NCBI GenBank assembly: GCA_964537315.1
Contig: CAZIAP010000004.1
Span: 14,509 to 78,508, forward strand
Reading direction: 5' to 3'
Length of the DNA stretch: 64,000 bases
Origin: an uncultured Gammaproteobacteria bacterium
GTDB taxonomy: Bacteria; Patescibacteriota; Microgenomatia; Levybacterales; GWA1-39-11
Made by a program: the position numbers and the translations under genes. The notes under the pieces were generated by a model, which ran no database searches, had not been told where the DNA came from, and saw nothing but the letters and a program-made list of their open reading frames with translations. This document shows positions 19,449 through 29,685 of this stretch, piece after piece (positions within the stretch are counted from its first letter, which is position 1; each line of letters begins with the position of its first letter).

Positions 19449-19922
19449 TTAATTTTTAACAAATTTATATCTTTTAAAAAGATATAAAATTGCACCGATT
19501 CCAAGAGTACTCATTAATAAATTAAGACTATCATTTGAGGAACTTGTCCATCCTGAAGAGAGCCAAAATGTGATGTTCAAGAATGTTGTAATTAACAAGC
19601 CAGATGCTAAGGCTAAAGTTAGTTTCTTCGACCAAGTTTTCTTAGCCAAATAATAGAGGACTGAGAAGATAATCAAAATAGCTGCAATAACTTCACCCCA
19701 CATGGTTAGGTTGCCAAAAATTACGTAGTTAGGAACTGCAATATCAAGCAAAAAAGACTTTACAGCTGGATTTGGATTTTCACTAGCAAAATACCTAAGC
19801 GTATTTTGTAGTCCGGAAACAAACTGACCTTCAGATACCTTTCCTATACCACTACGTAAAAAGATTAATCCGATTAATGTGACTACAAAGAAAAAAAATG
19901 AGTCGAGATGAAGTTTTTTTAT
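19449..19922 (-). CDS. DoxX/DoxD-like membrane protein with apparent ATA start
   Basis: Frame open from ATA(19922) AAA AAA CTT, 6 nt after SD GGAGGT; GLIFLRSGIGK...F..G, FL...AVPN...FG.L...GE. Confidence 0.7.
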   Translation of the reverse strand: MKKLHLDSFFFFVVTLIGLIFLRSGIGKVSEGQFVSGLQNTLRYFASENPNPAVKSFLLDIAVPNYVIFGNLTMWGEVIAAILIIFSVLYYLAKKTWSKKLTLALASGLLITTFLNITFWLSSGWTSSSNDSLNLLMSTLGIGAILYLFKRYKFVKN

Positions 19923-19988
19923 ATTCTTACCTCCAATATTTATTAAAGCATATATCAGATAAGAATGATACTCCTACTATCAGGCAGA

Positions 19989-20219
19989 TTACTTCTCTAC
20001 CCACTTACCGTTTTCATCTTTTTCATACTTGTTTTCAACCGCTGACCAGGCAACTGCGTGCGCTGTCTCCTCCTGAGTTCTCCCTTCACGTCTCTCATGT
20101 GGCTCATCGTACTGCTTCCAAGCACTATTGAAGGCTTCGCGATAAATATCCTGAGCGTGAGACGGTAAATTGTTCCTTACATTTTCAGGTAAATCTTGGT
20201 TATTTTCGTACTGCGGCAT
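19989..20219 (-). CDS. chaB: ChaB family protein
   Basis: LPENVRNNLPSHAQDIYREAFNSAW...AHAVAWSAVENKYEK. Confidence 0.93.
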   Translation of the reverse strand: MPQYENNQDLPENVRNNLPSHAQDIYREAFNSAWKQYDEPHERREGRTQEETAHAVAWSAVENKYEKDENGKWVEK

Positions 20220-20336
20220 AAAAATAATTTATTAAATCTGGATAAGAGCAGTTTGAAATATCTGTAAGCAAATAGTGAAAAATAATTTATATGTTATAAT
20301 TTTTGCACTTGGCGGAGATGTGTTGAGAGGGTTGCA

Positions 20337-20624
20337 ATGGATGACCATCAAGAGCCAAACGAGAGTGACTGGAAACTACATTGGGGAGATTTTATCAAAG
20401 TAGTTGATTCACAAACTCCAGATTGGCTGATCTATGGACGTAAACCCACTGAATCAGAGCTTGATGAGTGGGAAAAAATCAAGCCAGGTTCAAAATCAAA
20501 GTTACAACACGCTGCTCGTCAAAATATGAAAAAACGGCTGCGTCGTGAACGCAGACGTTCAAAACTACTTTCTATCCTTCCTCTATGGCTGAGAAAGCGA
20601 TGGATCAAACAATCCGCCAGGTAG
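20337..20624 (+). CDS. Hypothetical protein
   Basis: SD GAGAGGG, downstream terminator; P..SEL.EWE.IKPG weakly recalls DUF2335. Confidence 0.5.
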   Translation: MDDHQEPNESDWKLHWGDFIKVVDSQTPDWLIYGRKPTESELDEWEKIKPGSKSKLQHAARQNMKKRLRRERRRSKLLSILPLWLRKRWIKQSAR

Positions 20625-20651
20625 ACACAACTCTTTGTGTCAAACTATATT

Positions 20652-20677
20652 CGGGGAGGTGAATCCTCCCCGTTTTT
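20652..20677 (+). terminator. Intrinsic terminator
   Basis: CGGGGAGG-TGAAT-CCTCCCCG then TTTTT. Confidence 0.8.
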
Positions 20678-20701
20678 CCTGACTATATATCTAAGCTTAG
20701 A

Positions 20702-21547
20702 CTATCCAAAGTGAGAAAATTTTATCAAATTTCCCCAAGGATCTTTCACTGATATACCGTGCACTGAAGCTTCATAGGTTACTTTAGAGTTATCCAATCG
20801 TTTCTTAAGTATGACAATTTCTGATTTACTTGAGAGTAAAACTTCAAAACTTTTCAGACCACGCGTTATCTCGCGCTTACCGCTTCCTGCACTTTCCCAA
20901 ATATTCATCCCAATGTGGTGATGATACTTTCCGTCTGAAACAAACAACGCAGTTGGCATCTCACTTGTTACAGTAAACCCAAGAGTATCTACATAAAAAT
21001 CTCGAGCAACTTTAATATCACCAACCTGTAAATGAATATGTCCCATTTTTTTAGAGGGTGTTGCTGAGGTTTGCGCGTAGGTACGAATATACTCTCCGGG
21101 ATCAATATATAATGAACTCATAACGACTTGTCCATTTACCCATTGCCAGTTTGATGAGTCTCGATCAACATATAGCTCTACTCCATTTTCTTCGGGGTCA
21201 TTGAAGTAAAATGCTTCGCTCACAGCATGATCAGAAGCTCCTGAGTATCGTTGTGGATCGTTCTGCAAAATTCTCAGGACAGACTGCGCGAGCGAAGCGC
21301 GAGATTCAAATAGAATAGCAGTGTGATAAAGTCCTGCACTATTTTGAGGAAATGATGGTAAATCTGGTGTATGTATAAGTTTAATAACTTCTCGGTTCTG
21401 GTATCCAAGTGTTACTGAAGATTCTGATTCTAACAACACATCTAATCCAACTAGGGCTGAATAAAACTCTTTTTGTGATAACAAATCTGCAACATTGAGT
21501 TCAACCACACCCATCTCGATATTTGAAGACAATTTTTCCATAAGCAC
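20702..21547 (-). CDS. VOC family protein (CatE-like)
   Basis: GLYHTAIL, SDHAVSEAFYFNDPEENGVELYVDR, GHIHL, YHHHIGMNIW, DPWGN. Confidence 0.9.
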   Translation of the reverse strand: MLMEKLSSNIEMGVVELNVADLLSQKEFYSALVGLDVLLESESSVTLGYQNREVIKLIHTPDLPSFPQNSAGLYHTAILFESRASLAQSVLRILQNDPQRYSGASDHAVSEAFYFNDPEENGVELYVDRDSSNWQWVNGQVVMSSLYIDPGEYIRTYAQTSATPSKKMGHIHLQVGDIKVARDFYVDTLGFTVTSEMPTALFVSDGKYHHHIGMNIWESAGSGKREITRGLKSFEVLLSSKSEIVILKKRLDNSKVTYEASVHGISVKDPWGNLIKFSHFG

Positions 21548-21623
21548 ACGTCAATTATACATAAAATGTCGTATGTTTTTTTTGTATTTGCAAAGATCTG
21601 ACAAAACAAGTAGTATATAACTC

Positions 21624-22181
21624 ATGGCAAATATATCATCAACCTCAATGGACGAAATGTGTCCGAAATGCGGACATCCATTAGGAGAGATTTCTACAAC
21701 TAAAACAGGACGAAAATTACAACGTTGTTCACGTGGCTCATGGGATGCTGAGGCTAAAAAAAATGTAGGATGCGAGTATGTAAAATGGCTGGAGATGGAG
21801 CCTGAAAAAATAGATGAAAAATGTCCTAAGTGCGGACAGCCGCTTGTTATTGCATTCACCCGTTTCGGTAAAAAAATGAAAAAATGCTCTACTAACGTTT
21901 GGAATGCAGAAACAAAAAAAGCTGAAGGGTGCGACTTTATCGAGTGGATAAACGGAACAACTGAACCATTGGATGAGATTTGTCCCGACTGTGGAGAAAA
22001 GCTGGTACTATTTACTACCTCTGCTGGTAAGAAAATGAAAAAATGCTCTACCGCAGGTTGGGATCGTGATGCCAAAAAAGCAACAGGCTGTCCGTATGTT
22101 TACTGGTTCAAACCAGGTGAGTATGAAGCAACTTATGACTCAGGCGGCGAAGAGTTTCTCCCTCCCGAGCCGGAAGACTAA
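21624..22181 (+). CDS. Stand-alone topoisomerase-type C4 zinc-ribbon repeat protein (3 repeats)
   Basis: 3x CPxCG..L....T..GKK...CS...W......GC.(Y/F)..W; acidic tail. Confidence 0.8.
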   Translation: MANISSTSMDEMCPKCGHPLGEISTTKTGRKLQRCSRGSWDAEAKKNVGCEYVKWLEMEPEKIDEKCPKCGQPLVIAFTRFGKKMKKCSTNVWNAETKKAEGCDFIEWINGTTEPLDEICPDCGEKLVLFTTSAGKKMKKCSTAGWDRDAKKATGCPYVYWFKPGEYEATYDSGGEEFLPPEPED

Positions 22182-22228
22182 AATCTACTGTTTTAACTTC
22201 ACTACTTCTTTGATACAATTGTTCTCCA

Positions 22229-23008
22229 ATGACATATAAAGCACTTTTTCTAGATGTCGATGGAACTGTTATTCCATATAAGTATGATGCTCTCCCCTCA
22301 GACACATTAGCTGCAGCCATAAAAAAAGTTCAAGAAAAAGTTACAGTATGTCTCATCACTGGTCGATCATACGGTTTTACACAACCGATACTAGAAAAAT
22401 TACAAATTAAATCAGGATACGCTGTAGTAAATACGGGAGCGGTAATAGTCGATCTTTCGGATGAATCAGTTGTTCACTCACTTCCGATTAATCGATCAGA
22501 TATGGAAGAAATAGTTACTGTACTTAATGCAGAACAGGTTACCTTTTACTTAAAAGATTCTGCTCTAGGTAAGTCTCATGGCTTGGATTTAGAGCTTTTT
22601 ACAAATAACAAAATTCCCGATTCCACTTTTATGATACTAACTGATGAAAAGTATCCAGGAGAAAAAATTGATACTATACTCCAGAAGTTATCCCACCTGC
22701 CTACATTAAATATGCATAAAACATCGCATAAAGACCCTACTAAATTTGGAATTAACATCACCCACATTAATGCAACAAAACTACATGGAGTGCAGTTTTT
22801 ATTAAAAAAACTTGATTTACAGCGAGAAGAGGTTATAGGAGTAGGTGACAGTTATAACGACTTTCCGCTACTTATGGCATCAGGATTAAAGGTAGCTATG
22901 GGAAATGCGATAGGCGACCTAAAAGCAATTGCTGATTATATTGCCCCACCAGTCACAGAAGACGGTGTGGTAAACGTTATAGAAAAGTTCATATTTAAAA
23001 ACAGATAA
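22229..23008 (+). CDS. Cof-type HAD-IIB hydrolase
   Basis: FLDVDGT, ITGR, TK..GV, GDSYND, AMGNA. Confidence 0.93.
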   Translation: MTYKALFLDVDGTVIPYKYDALPSDTLAAAIKKVQEKVTVCLITGRSYGFTQPILEKLQIKSGYAVVNTGAVIVDLSDESVVHSLPINRSDMEEIVTVLNAEQVTFYLKDSALGKSHGLDLELFTNNKIPDSTFMILTDEKYPGEKIDTILQKLSHLPTLNMHKTSHKDPTKFGINITHINATKLHGVQFLLKKLDLQREEVIGVGDSYNDFPLLMASGLKVAMGNAIGDLKAIADYIAPPVTEDGVVNVIEKFIFKNR

Positions 23009-23031
23009 GTAAGAATTTTGAAAGCCTAGAA

Positions 23032-24147
23032 TTATTTGAGGTATTTTTTATAAAAAGCTACAGTATTTTCCATCGCAGTGACAAAACTTGCTCCAGATAT
23101 ATTGTGTCCGCCTGTTGGATATTCATGGAACTCATTAATTACAGACGAAGCATCAAGTAATGAATTCAAGTCTCTGCTATATCTTACTGTAACTACATCA
23201 TCATCAGTAGCATGATTTAGCTGCACTGCCCCTTTAAGGTCTTGTAGATAGTTTGTTGGTGCCATCTGCTGCCAAAACAGACTATTACTCTTCGGCTCAC
23301 CATGAACTTCGATTATTCGTTGTCGGCTATTAGGACGTGGACTGGAAGTAGTAATTGGACGCTGATAACTTGTGTCCTGAATTCCATATTCATGCATATC
23401 ACGGTAAGTATATACCGCTCCACCCCAAATAGATACTGCTTTTATCTCAGGTCGTACTGCCATACTTCTCATCGTGACATTACCTGCCATACTGTGTCCC
23501 CACAAACCAATTGCATCAGGACTTACAAAATCTGATGATTGTAATGCCGCACGGGCATTGAGAGTGTCGATGACATAATCAGCTGAATAATATGCTCCAC
23601 CCGGCTCACCTTCAGAACTACCGTGTCCTCGTAAGTCAATTTTAAATACTACGAATCCATTTCGCGCTAGATAGTCTACATAATCATAATACCGTTCTAG
23701 CGTCTGGTACTGAGCAGGAGGAATATATCCATGCACAAAGATGATTGCTGGATGCTTTGTATCAGACTCTGTCTTTGGCACCGTCAATAACCCGTTTATT
23801 TTCAAACCATCAGAATCATAACTTGTAAAGTATGCAGTATAGACAGGATTTTCATACGCCACTTCCCTTACTCCTAATGTACTGGAATATTGTCTGCTTC
23901 TAAGAGCTGGTATTGTGAGTTCTGCAAACGGAATTGCAGCTGATTCAACTTGTTCATCTGCTCCTGCGGCACTCATTAACGGCGCTTTTGTATTTGATTC
24001 ACTCTTTAGCATTAAAAAAAATATCCCTGCGAGTATCGCACTAATAAACACAGGTAGAACTCCAAATAATATCAGCTTTTTACGTGAATCAAGAGGATTC
24101 TCTTTATTTTCATTAGACGCTAGCGATTCCTGCAGGTTTTGATCCAT
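23032..24147 (-). CDS. Membrane-anchored alpha/beta hydrolase (S9-like)
   Basis: N-terminal TM, HGYIPP, DLRGHGSSEG, GHSMAG, DD.V, GGH. Confidence 0.85.
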   Translation of the reverse strand: MDQNLQESLASNENKENPLDSRKKLILFGVLPVFISAILAGIFFLMLKSESNTKAPLMSAAGADEQVESAAIPFAELTIPALRSRQYSSTLGVREVAYENPVYTAYFTSYDSDGLKINGLLTVPKTESDTKHPAIIFVHGYIPPAQYQTLERYYDYVDYLARNGFVVFKIDLRGHGSSEGEPGGAYYSADYVIDTLNARAALQSSDFVSPDAIGLWGHSMAGNVTMRSMAVRPEIKAVSIWGGAVYTYRDMHEYGIQDTSYQRPITTSSPRPNSRQRIIEVHGEPKSNSLFWQQMAPTNYLQDLKGAVQLNHATDDDVVTVRYSRDLNSLLDASSVINEFHEYPTGGHNISGASFVTAMENTVAFYKKYLK

Positions 24148-24367
24148 ATTTTAGGCAATAAATTTTCTAAGGAAGAATTGAGTTATTACTATAGCAAATA
24201 TTTATAAAAAGCAAAAGAAACAATCTATATGCATAAATCCATTAGAAGTAAGTTACAAGATAATACGAAGATATGTGGGGTCATATTATTCCGACGGAGG
24301 AATTTATAATACGAATGATACGAAAAATAAATATTAACTCCGTCGGAACAAGTCAAAAAAACAGAGA

Positions 24368-24622
24368 TTATCTGTCTTCACGAGGTCGTGCAACAGAGAC
24401 TGCTATTGAGCGCCCGCCAACATCTTTTCCATTCATTTCTTCTATAGCTTTTTGCGCTTGTGCATCATCTTCAAGTTCTACGAAACCAAATCCTTTACTC
24501 TGACCAGTACTGCGATCGGTAATAACAACTGCTGAAACAACGTTTCCATACTCTGAAAAAAGATCATTTAACTCCTGATCGTTTACTGCGTATGGAAGTC
24601 CTCCTACAAATAGTTTTGTCAT
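24368..24622 (-). CDS. RRM RNA-binding protein
   Basis: KLFVGGL (RNP2), KGFGFVE (RNP1), VSVARPRE. Confidence 0.95.
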   Translation of the reverse strand: MTKLFVGGLPYAVNDQELNDLFSEYGNVVSAVVITDRSTGQSKGFGFVELEDDAQAQKAIEEMNGKDVGGRSIAVSVARPREDR

Positions 24623-24718
24623 AATTTATTCACCTCCCTTCAAGATAGAGTGATTATATCAATATTCACATATATATAAGCGAGTATAGTGAGTGAGGGG
24701 ATATGCAGTGGTGTCGAC

Positions 24719-25084
24719 TTAGTTTCGTACATGCGGAAGGTGTTTTTCAATCTTATTTATCATATCATCAATGTCAAAAGGTTTTACAAGGAAATCACAA
24801 ACTTTTGCTTCTTTGGCTATTGTCTCGATCTCATTGTTCGCAGAAAATAGAATAATTGGAATCTGACCACTCTTTTTTTGAGACATAAGATATTTTGCAA
24901 GAGCCACACCGTTAGTACCGGACAGATTGAGGTCTAAAAAAATCATATCAGGATTTTCTTCAATAGATTTTTTAACGGTGGACTCGTCTTTGGCAATAAT
25001 AACCTCGTACCCTTCATACTCCAATAAAAGTTTTGTAGCATCCAGTATTCCTGGATCATCATCTGCGATTAGAACTTTAGTCAT
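24719..25084 (-). CDS. Single-domain response regulator
   Basis: IADDD, FLDLNL, SA, KPF. Confidence 0.9.
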   Translation of the reverse strand: MTKVLIADDDPGILDATKLLLEYEGYEVIIAKDESTVKKSIEENPDMIFLDLNLSGTNGVALAKYLMSQKKSGQIPIILFSANNEIETIAKEAKVCDFLVKPFDIDDMINKIEKHLPHVRN

Positions 25085-25091
25085 AAATTTT

Positions 25092-25448
25092 CTATATATA
25101 TTTTCCTACCATTTTCTTTAGCTCTGTGATATCAAATGGTTTACTAATGTATCCGTCAGCACCCAAACGTTTTGCAATTTTTTCTGTATCTTTACTTGCA
25201 GAAACTACAATTACTGGAATCGATGCTGTTTTTTTCTTGCTTTTTAGCGTCTGCAAGATCTCTACACCGGATAGCTGAGGCATCCACAAATCAAGAAGTA
25301 TCACTGTCGGCGGTTTTTTTTTGATGCGATTAAAAATACCTTCCGGATCAAGCATTTTCTCTACACGATAGTTTTTCTCTGAGAGTATGGATTCGAACAC
25401 TTCCAAAATACCTTCATCGTTGTCTACTACCAAGACATATTTTTGCAT
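25092..25448 (-). CDS. Single-domain response regulator
   Basis: VVDND, LLDLWMP, SA, GADGYISKPF. Confidence 0.9.
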   Translation of the reverse strand: MQKYVLVVDNDEGILEVFESILSEKNYRVEKMLDPEGIFNRIKKKPPTVILLDLWMPQLSGVEILQTLKSKKKTASIPVIVVSASKDTEKIAKRLGADGYISKPFDITELKKMVGKYI

Positions 25449-25541
25449 TATTAGCTCTCCTTTCACGTTATACCATAGAGCAAATTACAAACTTCTTTGT
25501 ATTAGAATACTTTATATTATTCATGGCTCATTAGCAATCAC

Positions 25542-26624
25542 CTACTCATACAAGGAGTTACTCTGATCATACATTTCTTTCAAGATTCTATCTTTATAAA
25601 TAGAATCTGAGATAATTTGTGCTTGTCCGTAATCATGAATCCTAATTGGTATAAATTCAGCATCTATTAACCTGTTTTCGAAAAAATAATATTTACCAAT
25701 AACTCCTTCCTGAGTTTTTTCAGACCACATTTGATCAAATATGAAATTACCATGTGCATATGTAATCAATTTGTTTTTATATATCTCAATCGGCTGAATC
25801 CAATGAGGGTGGTTACCTATAACTAGATCAGCACCTGCATCTATAGATAATCTCCCCAACTCACGCTGACGATCAGTTGGTTTGCTCACATACTCTGTTC
25901 CCCAGTGAAACTGTACAACTACAATATCTGCGTTTTCCCGTGCGACCTTAATTTCATTTTGTACTGTATTTAACTCGATAGCAGAGATTCCTTGCTGCGG
26001 CTCAATATCATCGTATCCTAAAAAAGCAAAACGAGTCCCTCGTGCATTTACGAACTGTGGATTATTTAATGCGCCAACAGAAGTTATATTTGCGTTTCGC
26101 AAGTGACTCAATGTCTCTTGTACTCCCTTCAATCCGTAGTTGCCAGTGTGATTATTGCCTAAATTTACTACATCTACTCCCGCATGTTTTAATCCCTGTG
26201 TATGACGTGCGTCGCCGCAAAATTTCATACCTTCATTTGTCACCGGACAGTCAGATAACAATGGAACTTCTAAATTCACAAATGTGATATCCCCATCACG
26301 AAGTATATGTGCTGTAGGTTCAAATGCCCAAAAAAAATTATTATACTGCAATGTTTTATAATTTACGCTTCTTCCCGGAATTACATCGCCTGTTACAACC
26401 AGCGTTCTAATAGAGTCTGAAGGAAACTCAGTTTCCGCTGTACCTGTTGCATCAAAAAACTGTTCTAATGTAAGCTCAGGAATAGTTACAGTGGCGGTTT
26501 TATGCATCCCAGAGGTAACCGCAGGAGAATGAGTTACTACTCTGTCTTTTTGAAATACAAGCGATAGAAAAGCTAAAGTAAGTAAAGCTGAAAAAACTGT
26601 AATTATAATAATCAAGCGGTACAT
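25542..26624 (-). CDS. CapA (PGA_cap) metallophosphoesterase family protein
   Basis: GDV, NLE, NNH, HWGTEY, GADLVIGNHPHW, GNFIFDQ. Confidence 0.92.
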   Translation of the reverse strand: MYRLIIIITVFSALLTLAFLSLVFQKDRVVTHSPAVTSGMHKTATVTIPELTLEQFFDATGTAETEFPSDSIRTLVVTGDVIPGRSVNYKTLQYNNFFWAFEPTAHILRDGDITFVNLEVPLLSDCPVTNEGMKFCGDARHTQGLKHAGVDVVNLGNNHTGNYGLKGVQETLSHLRNANITSVGALNNPQFVNARGTRFAFLGYDDIEPQQGISAIELNTVQNEIKVARENADIVVVQFHWGTEYVSKPTDRQRELGRLSIDAGADLVIGNHPHWIQPIEIYKNKLITYAHGNFIFDQMWSEKTQEGVIGKYYFFENRLIDAEFIPIRIHDYGQAQIISDSIYKDRILKEMYDQSNSLYE

Positions 26625-26631
26625 GCTTGTA

Positions 26632-27165
26632 TTATATAGATTTTAACTGAATAATCGAGTCTGCAATTATAACAGGCTGCCCTTCGTAAGTAGAAAATAT
26701 CTCATCGTCTAAGTCGATCCCCAGTTCTTGCTCTATTTCTGCTTGGTTAAATTGTCGAACAACTCCTGATACTCTGACATTATCATCAGAACGGTATGTT
26801 GCAACGCCGGGACCGCCTCCAATTCCAACTAAAGCTTCTCGACTCAGTATCAGCAACTTATCACCACTCTGTATTGCTGACTCTATTGTCATTCCTCGAA
26901 TATCTATATTTGAATCAACTTCACCTCTTACAGAAACTACCTGACCATAAAAACTGTCGGGATCATTCACTATTGATTCAAGATCAATATTTTGTCCTCG
27001 CTCATCACCTATTAAATTTTTATTAATTATATCTTTTCTATCTTCATTCCCTGAATGATTTACATTGGAACTATAGAATGAGACTATTAGTAGAATTGTA
27101 AATACCACTAACAACCCTCCCAGTGCCGCTCTTCCAAATACTGTGTTTCTTCTGCTTCTATTCAT
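26632..27165 (-). CDS. Membrane-anchored hypothetical protein
   Basis: N-terminal TM; P..FYGQ.VSV.GEV, V.V.G.V, OB-fold-like pattern. Confidence 0.6.
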   Translation of the reverse strand: MNRSRRNTVFGRAALGGLLVVFTILLIVSFYSSNVNHSGNEDRKDIINKNLIGDERGQNIDLESIVNDPDSFYGQVVSVRGEVDSNIDIRGMTIESAIQSGDKLLILSREALVGIGGGPGVATYRSDDNVRVSGVVRQFNQAEIEQELGIDLDDEIFSTYEGQPVIIADSIIQLKSI

Positions 27166-27231
27166 GAGCTAATACTTTAAAGCAATTAAATTAAAATAAC
27201 AGGAGATAAAAGTAAGAAATAGACAAGATTA

Positions 27232-27843
27232 TTATTGTAATGGTTGAGAAGAAACGCTTTCTGCTATTGCGTATAGCAGTACTGAATGATCATGTTCAAC
27301 ATCTTGTGAGGGGGGAGTAATAATTAACACAGAGTCGTTTGAAATTTTTAGAGCAAAAACAGGCCCAAATGTACTTTCATTCACGATTTCAGTACTTACC
27401 TCTGTTGTCTCTTTATTTACACTTAAAGATACACCATGCACTCCGTTTATTGTCTTAAACTCTTGAACCTTATTTAACCCTGTACAAGACACTGAAAATT
27501 CATTTTCTTCACGATTACAAATATTTTGGACTTGAAGATATGCAAACTCAGCTAGGTCTTCATTATTTTCATTTTCTCTAACCTGTATACTAGCTAAAGG
27601 CATAATAACTCCCTCTGAGTTCATTACTACACTCAAATTTTCTGGAGTATACTTAATGACTTCATAAGTAGAAGGGAAACTAAATGTAAAGTTGTAGTTT
27701 TGATTGTTATACAAACTAAAATTAAGAGGATTGGATGTATGGTGGTTTTTTATTTTTTGTTCATTAATATAAATTGCTCGTGTAACTAGGAGAAAAAAGG
27801 CTAGCGCTGCAACTCCCAATAATATAATATGTTTTTTTATCAT
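27232..27843 (-). CDS. Secreted/membrane hypothetical protein
   Basis: N-terminal TM, Y.N..Y.FTFSFP, Cys pair. Confidence 0.6.
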   Translation of the reverse strand: MIKKHIILLGVAALAFFLLVTRAIYINEQKIKNHHTSNPLNFSLYNNQNYNFTFSFPSTYEVIKYTPENLSVVMNSEGVIMPLASIQVRENENNEDLAEFAYLQVQNICNREENEFSVSCTGLNKVQEFKTINGVHGVSLSVNKETTEVSTEIVNESTFGPVFALKISNDSVLIITPPSQDVEHDHSVLLYAIAESVSSQPLQ

Positions 27844-27844
27844 A

Positions 27845-27976
27845 TTATTCCAATGAATTACCGGATACTACAACATTAGACTGAGATCCGTTTACTGCAT
27901 TACTTGAGCTTATTCTCAAAGAGAAAGCAGCTGCAGCAAGTATAAATAGAATAATAAGTGAAATTATAACCCTCAC
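27845..27976 (-). CDS. Small putative secreted peptide
   Basis: Manual translation MRVIISLIILFILAAAAFSLRISSS...; stop abuts start of next gene. Confidence 0.4.
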   Translation of the reverse strand: MRVIISLIILFILAAAAFSLRISSSNAVNGSQSNVVVSGNSLE

Positions 27977-28106
27977 AGGAATAAAGGATACCATAAATTT
28001 AATACTTTTAACATAACTTTTTTATCTTTTTGAAAATTTATTGATAGTGTAATTTATTTTTATTAAGTTCTTACTATTCAACTAAGATTTTAGGTTAAAA
28101 TTAAAT

Positions 28107-28565
28107 ATGGGAGAAAAAGATAAAATCCTTATCCATGTTCCTTATGTCCCCAGCACATGGCACAAAGTTTCCGTCATATTAGAGCTTGCTAATCCTCAGT
28201 TAGGTGAAAAAATGGCTGATCTTGGATCAGGAGACGGAAGGATTGTAAAAGAGTTTGCAAAAAAGAAAATTGAATCCCACGGATATGAGATCCATAGTGG
28301 GCTTGCGTTACTGGCTGAGAGTAAAATACTAGATGAACAGTTAGATGAACATGCTTTTATACATATGTCAGACTTTTGGAATGAAGACTTGTCTGATTAC
28401 GATATTGTTGTCATATACGGAATGAGTAGCATAATGAAGCAGCTAGAAACGAAACTAAAAAAAGAACTAAAACCAGGATCACGGGTAATCTCAAGTATCT
28501 TCCATTTCGTTGACTGGGAACCAATAAAGCAAAAAGATAACGTATATCTTTACATAATTGAGTAA
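28107..28565 (+). CDS. Small SAM-dependent methyltransferase
   Basis: PYVPS, DLGSGDGRI, GYEI, KLKKELKPGSRVIS. Confidence 0.88.
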   Translation: MGEKDKILIHVPYVPSTWHKVSVILELANPQLGEKMADLGSGDGRIVKEFAKKKIESHGYEIHSGLALLAESKILDEQLDEHAFIHMSDFWNEDLSDYDIVVIYGMSSIMKQLETKLKKELKPGSRVISSIFHFVDWEPIKQKDNVYLYIIE

Positions 28566-28570
28566 TATAA

Positions 28571-29062
28571 TTACTCTTCTACATTATCTAAAATCTTTGT
28601 AGTAAGTGTAGGAATCTGTACGTCAAGCCAACTCGCCATCTCTTCTTCCTGTACGAGTATTTCTTTGCAAACATCAGCGACCTCTTGCTCTCCAAGTGAC
28701 TGAGCTGCTGCAATCAGCGACTTATATGAGGCAATTTCAAAATGCTCCGTTGCATAATCCATAAGAGCAAACTTCAACATCTTATCATGTGGCGCAAGTC
28801 CTGTTGTCGCTCCCATTAAACTACCCATCAGACTCGCAATAGCACTTTTCACTCCAGAAACATCTTCTCCAAGATTTTCAATCAAATTCTTTAGTTTCTC
28901 AGCTTGTTGATCTGTAGTATTTTTATGCCCCTCTACTTTTGCACGTACTTCAGGAAGGTCTTGTAAATCGTCAAGCTGTCCGTTCAAGATTTTGGAAATC
29001 TCCTGCTCCATAGCATACGCATCGTTCAGCCACTTAATGAGCTGTTCTGATTTATCATCCAT
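28571..29062 (-). CDS. DUF892 (YciE/YciF) ferritin-like stress protein
   Basis: WLNDAYAMEQ, EHFEIASYKSLIAAA, IL.QEEEMA.WL. Confidence 0.9.
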   Translation of the reverse strand: MDDKSEQLIKWLNDAYAMEQEISKILNGQLDDLQDLPEVRAKVEGHKNTTDQQAEKLKNLIENLGEDVSGVKSAIASLMGSLMGATTGLAPHDKMLKFALMDYATEHFEIASYKSLIAAAQSLGEQEVADVCKEILVQEEEMASWLDVQIPTLTTKILDNVEE

Positions 29063-29136
29063 GAAAATTATCATATCGGGCAAGAATGAGAATTAAAAAA
29101 GTGATCAGTAATTAAACAGTAAGGCTTTAAGTAAAA

Positions 29137-29529
29137 TTATTCCTCTCCAGGCTGGATAGCGGGGATTGACTCTGCGTAGCTAACAACCATATCACGAAGC
29201 TCATCTAAATTCATCTCGCCTTTTATAAAATATTCATTAGCTCCGGCATTTAAAAATTCCTGTTTTCTTTGATCTCCGAGATTGGTTAATACAATTACCG
29301 GGATTTTTTTAAGGCGAGAGTTGGATCTTACTTCTTTCAAGATTTGAATCGCATCAACGTCTCCTAAAATGTCAATATCCAAAAGGATTGTATCAAACTC
29401 ACCTGTACTTATTTGACTTGTTGCCGATATACCATCAGCACTTATCTGGACATTGAGCTTATCTTTGAATAGCTGCTCCATCTGAAAACTAAAGCTTGGA
29501 TCGTCATCTACCACTAATATTCTTTTCAT
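29137..29529 (-). CDS. Single-domain response regulator
   Basis: ILVVDDD, LLDI, LTNL, GANEYFIK. Confidence 0.88.
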   Translation of the reverse strand: MKRILVVDDDPSFSFQMEQLFKDKLNVQISADGISATSQISTGEFDTILLDIDILGDVDAIQILKEVRSNSRLKKIPVIVLTNLGDQRKQEFLNAGANEYFIKGEMNLDELRDMVVSYAESIPAIQPGEE

Positions 29530-29685
29530 GCAAAGATTATCGTAACCTTCTTTAGATGAAAATGCAAGTTGTCATCTATTTCTTACAGATATGTAACAAA
29601 GATGCACGCTTCGCTCGTTAAGATATAAAAGTAGTAAATCCACAATGGGTGTTATTAGTTTTAAATGAAATGAGGTGATTAAAGT

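Noticed and set aside
21551-22075. 174-aa antisense ORF and other antisense or overlapping ORFs in the track
   Set aside because: Shadows of well-supported genes on the opposite strand.
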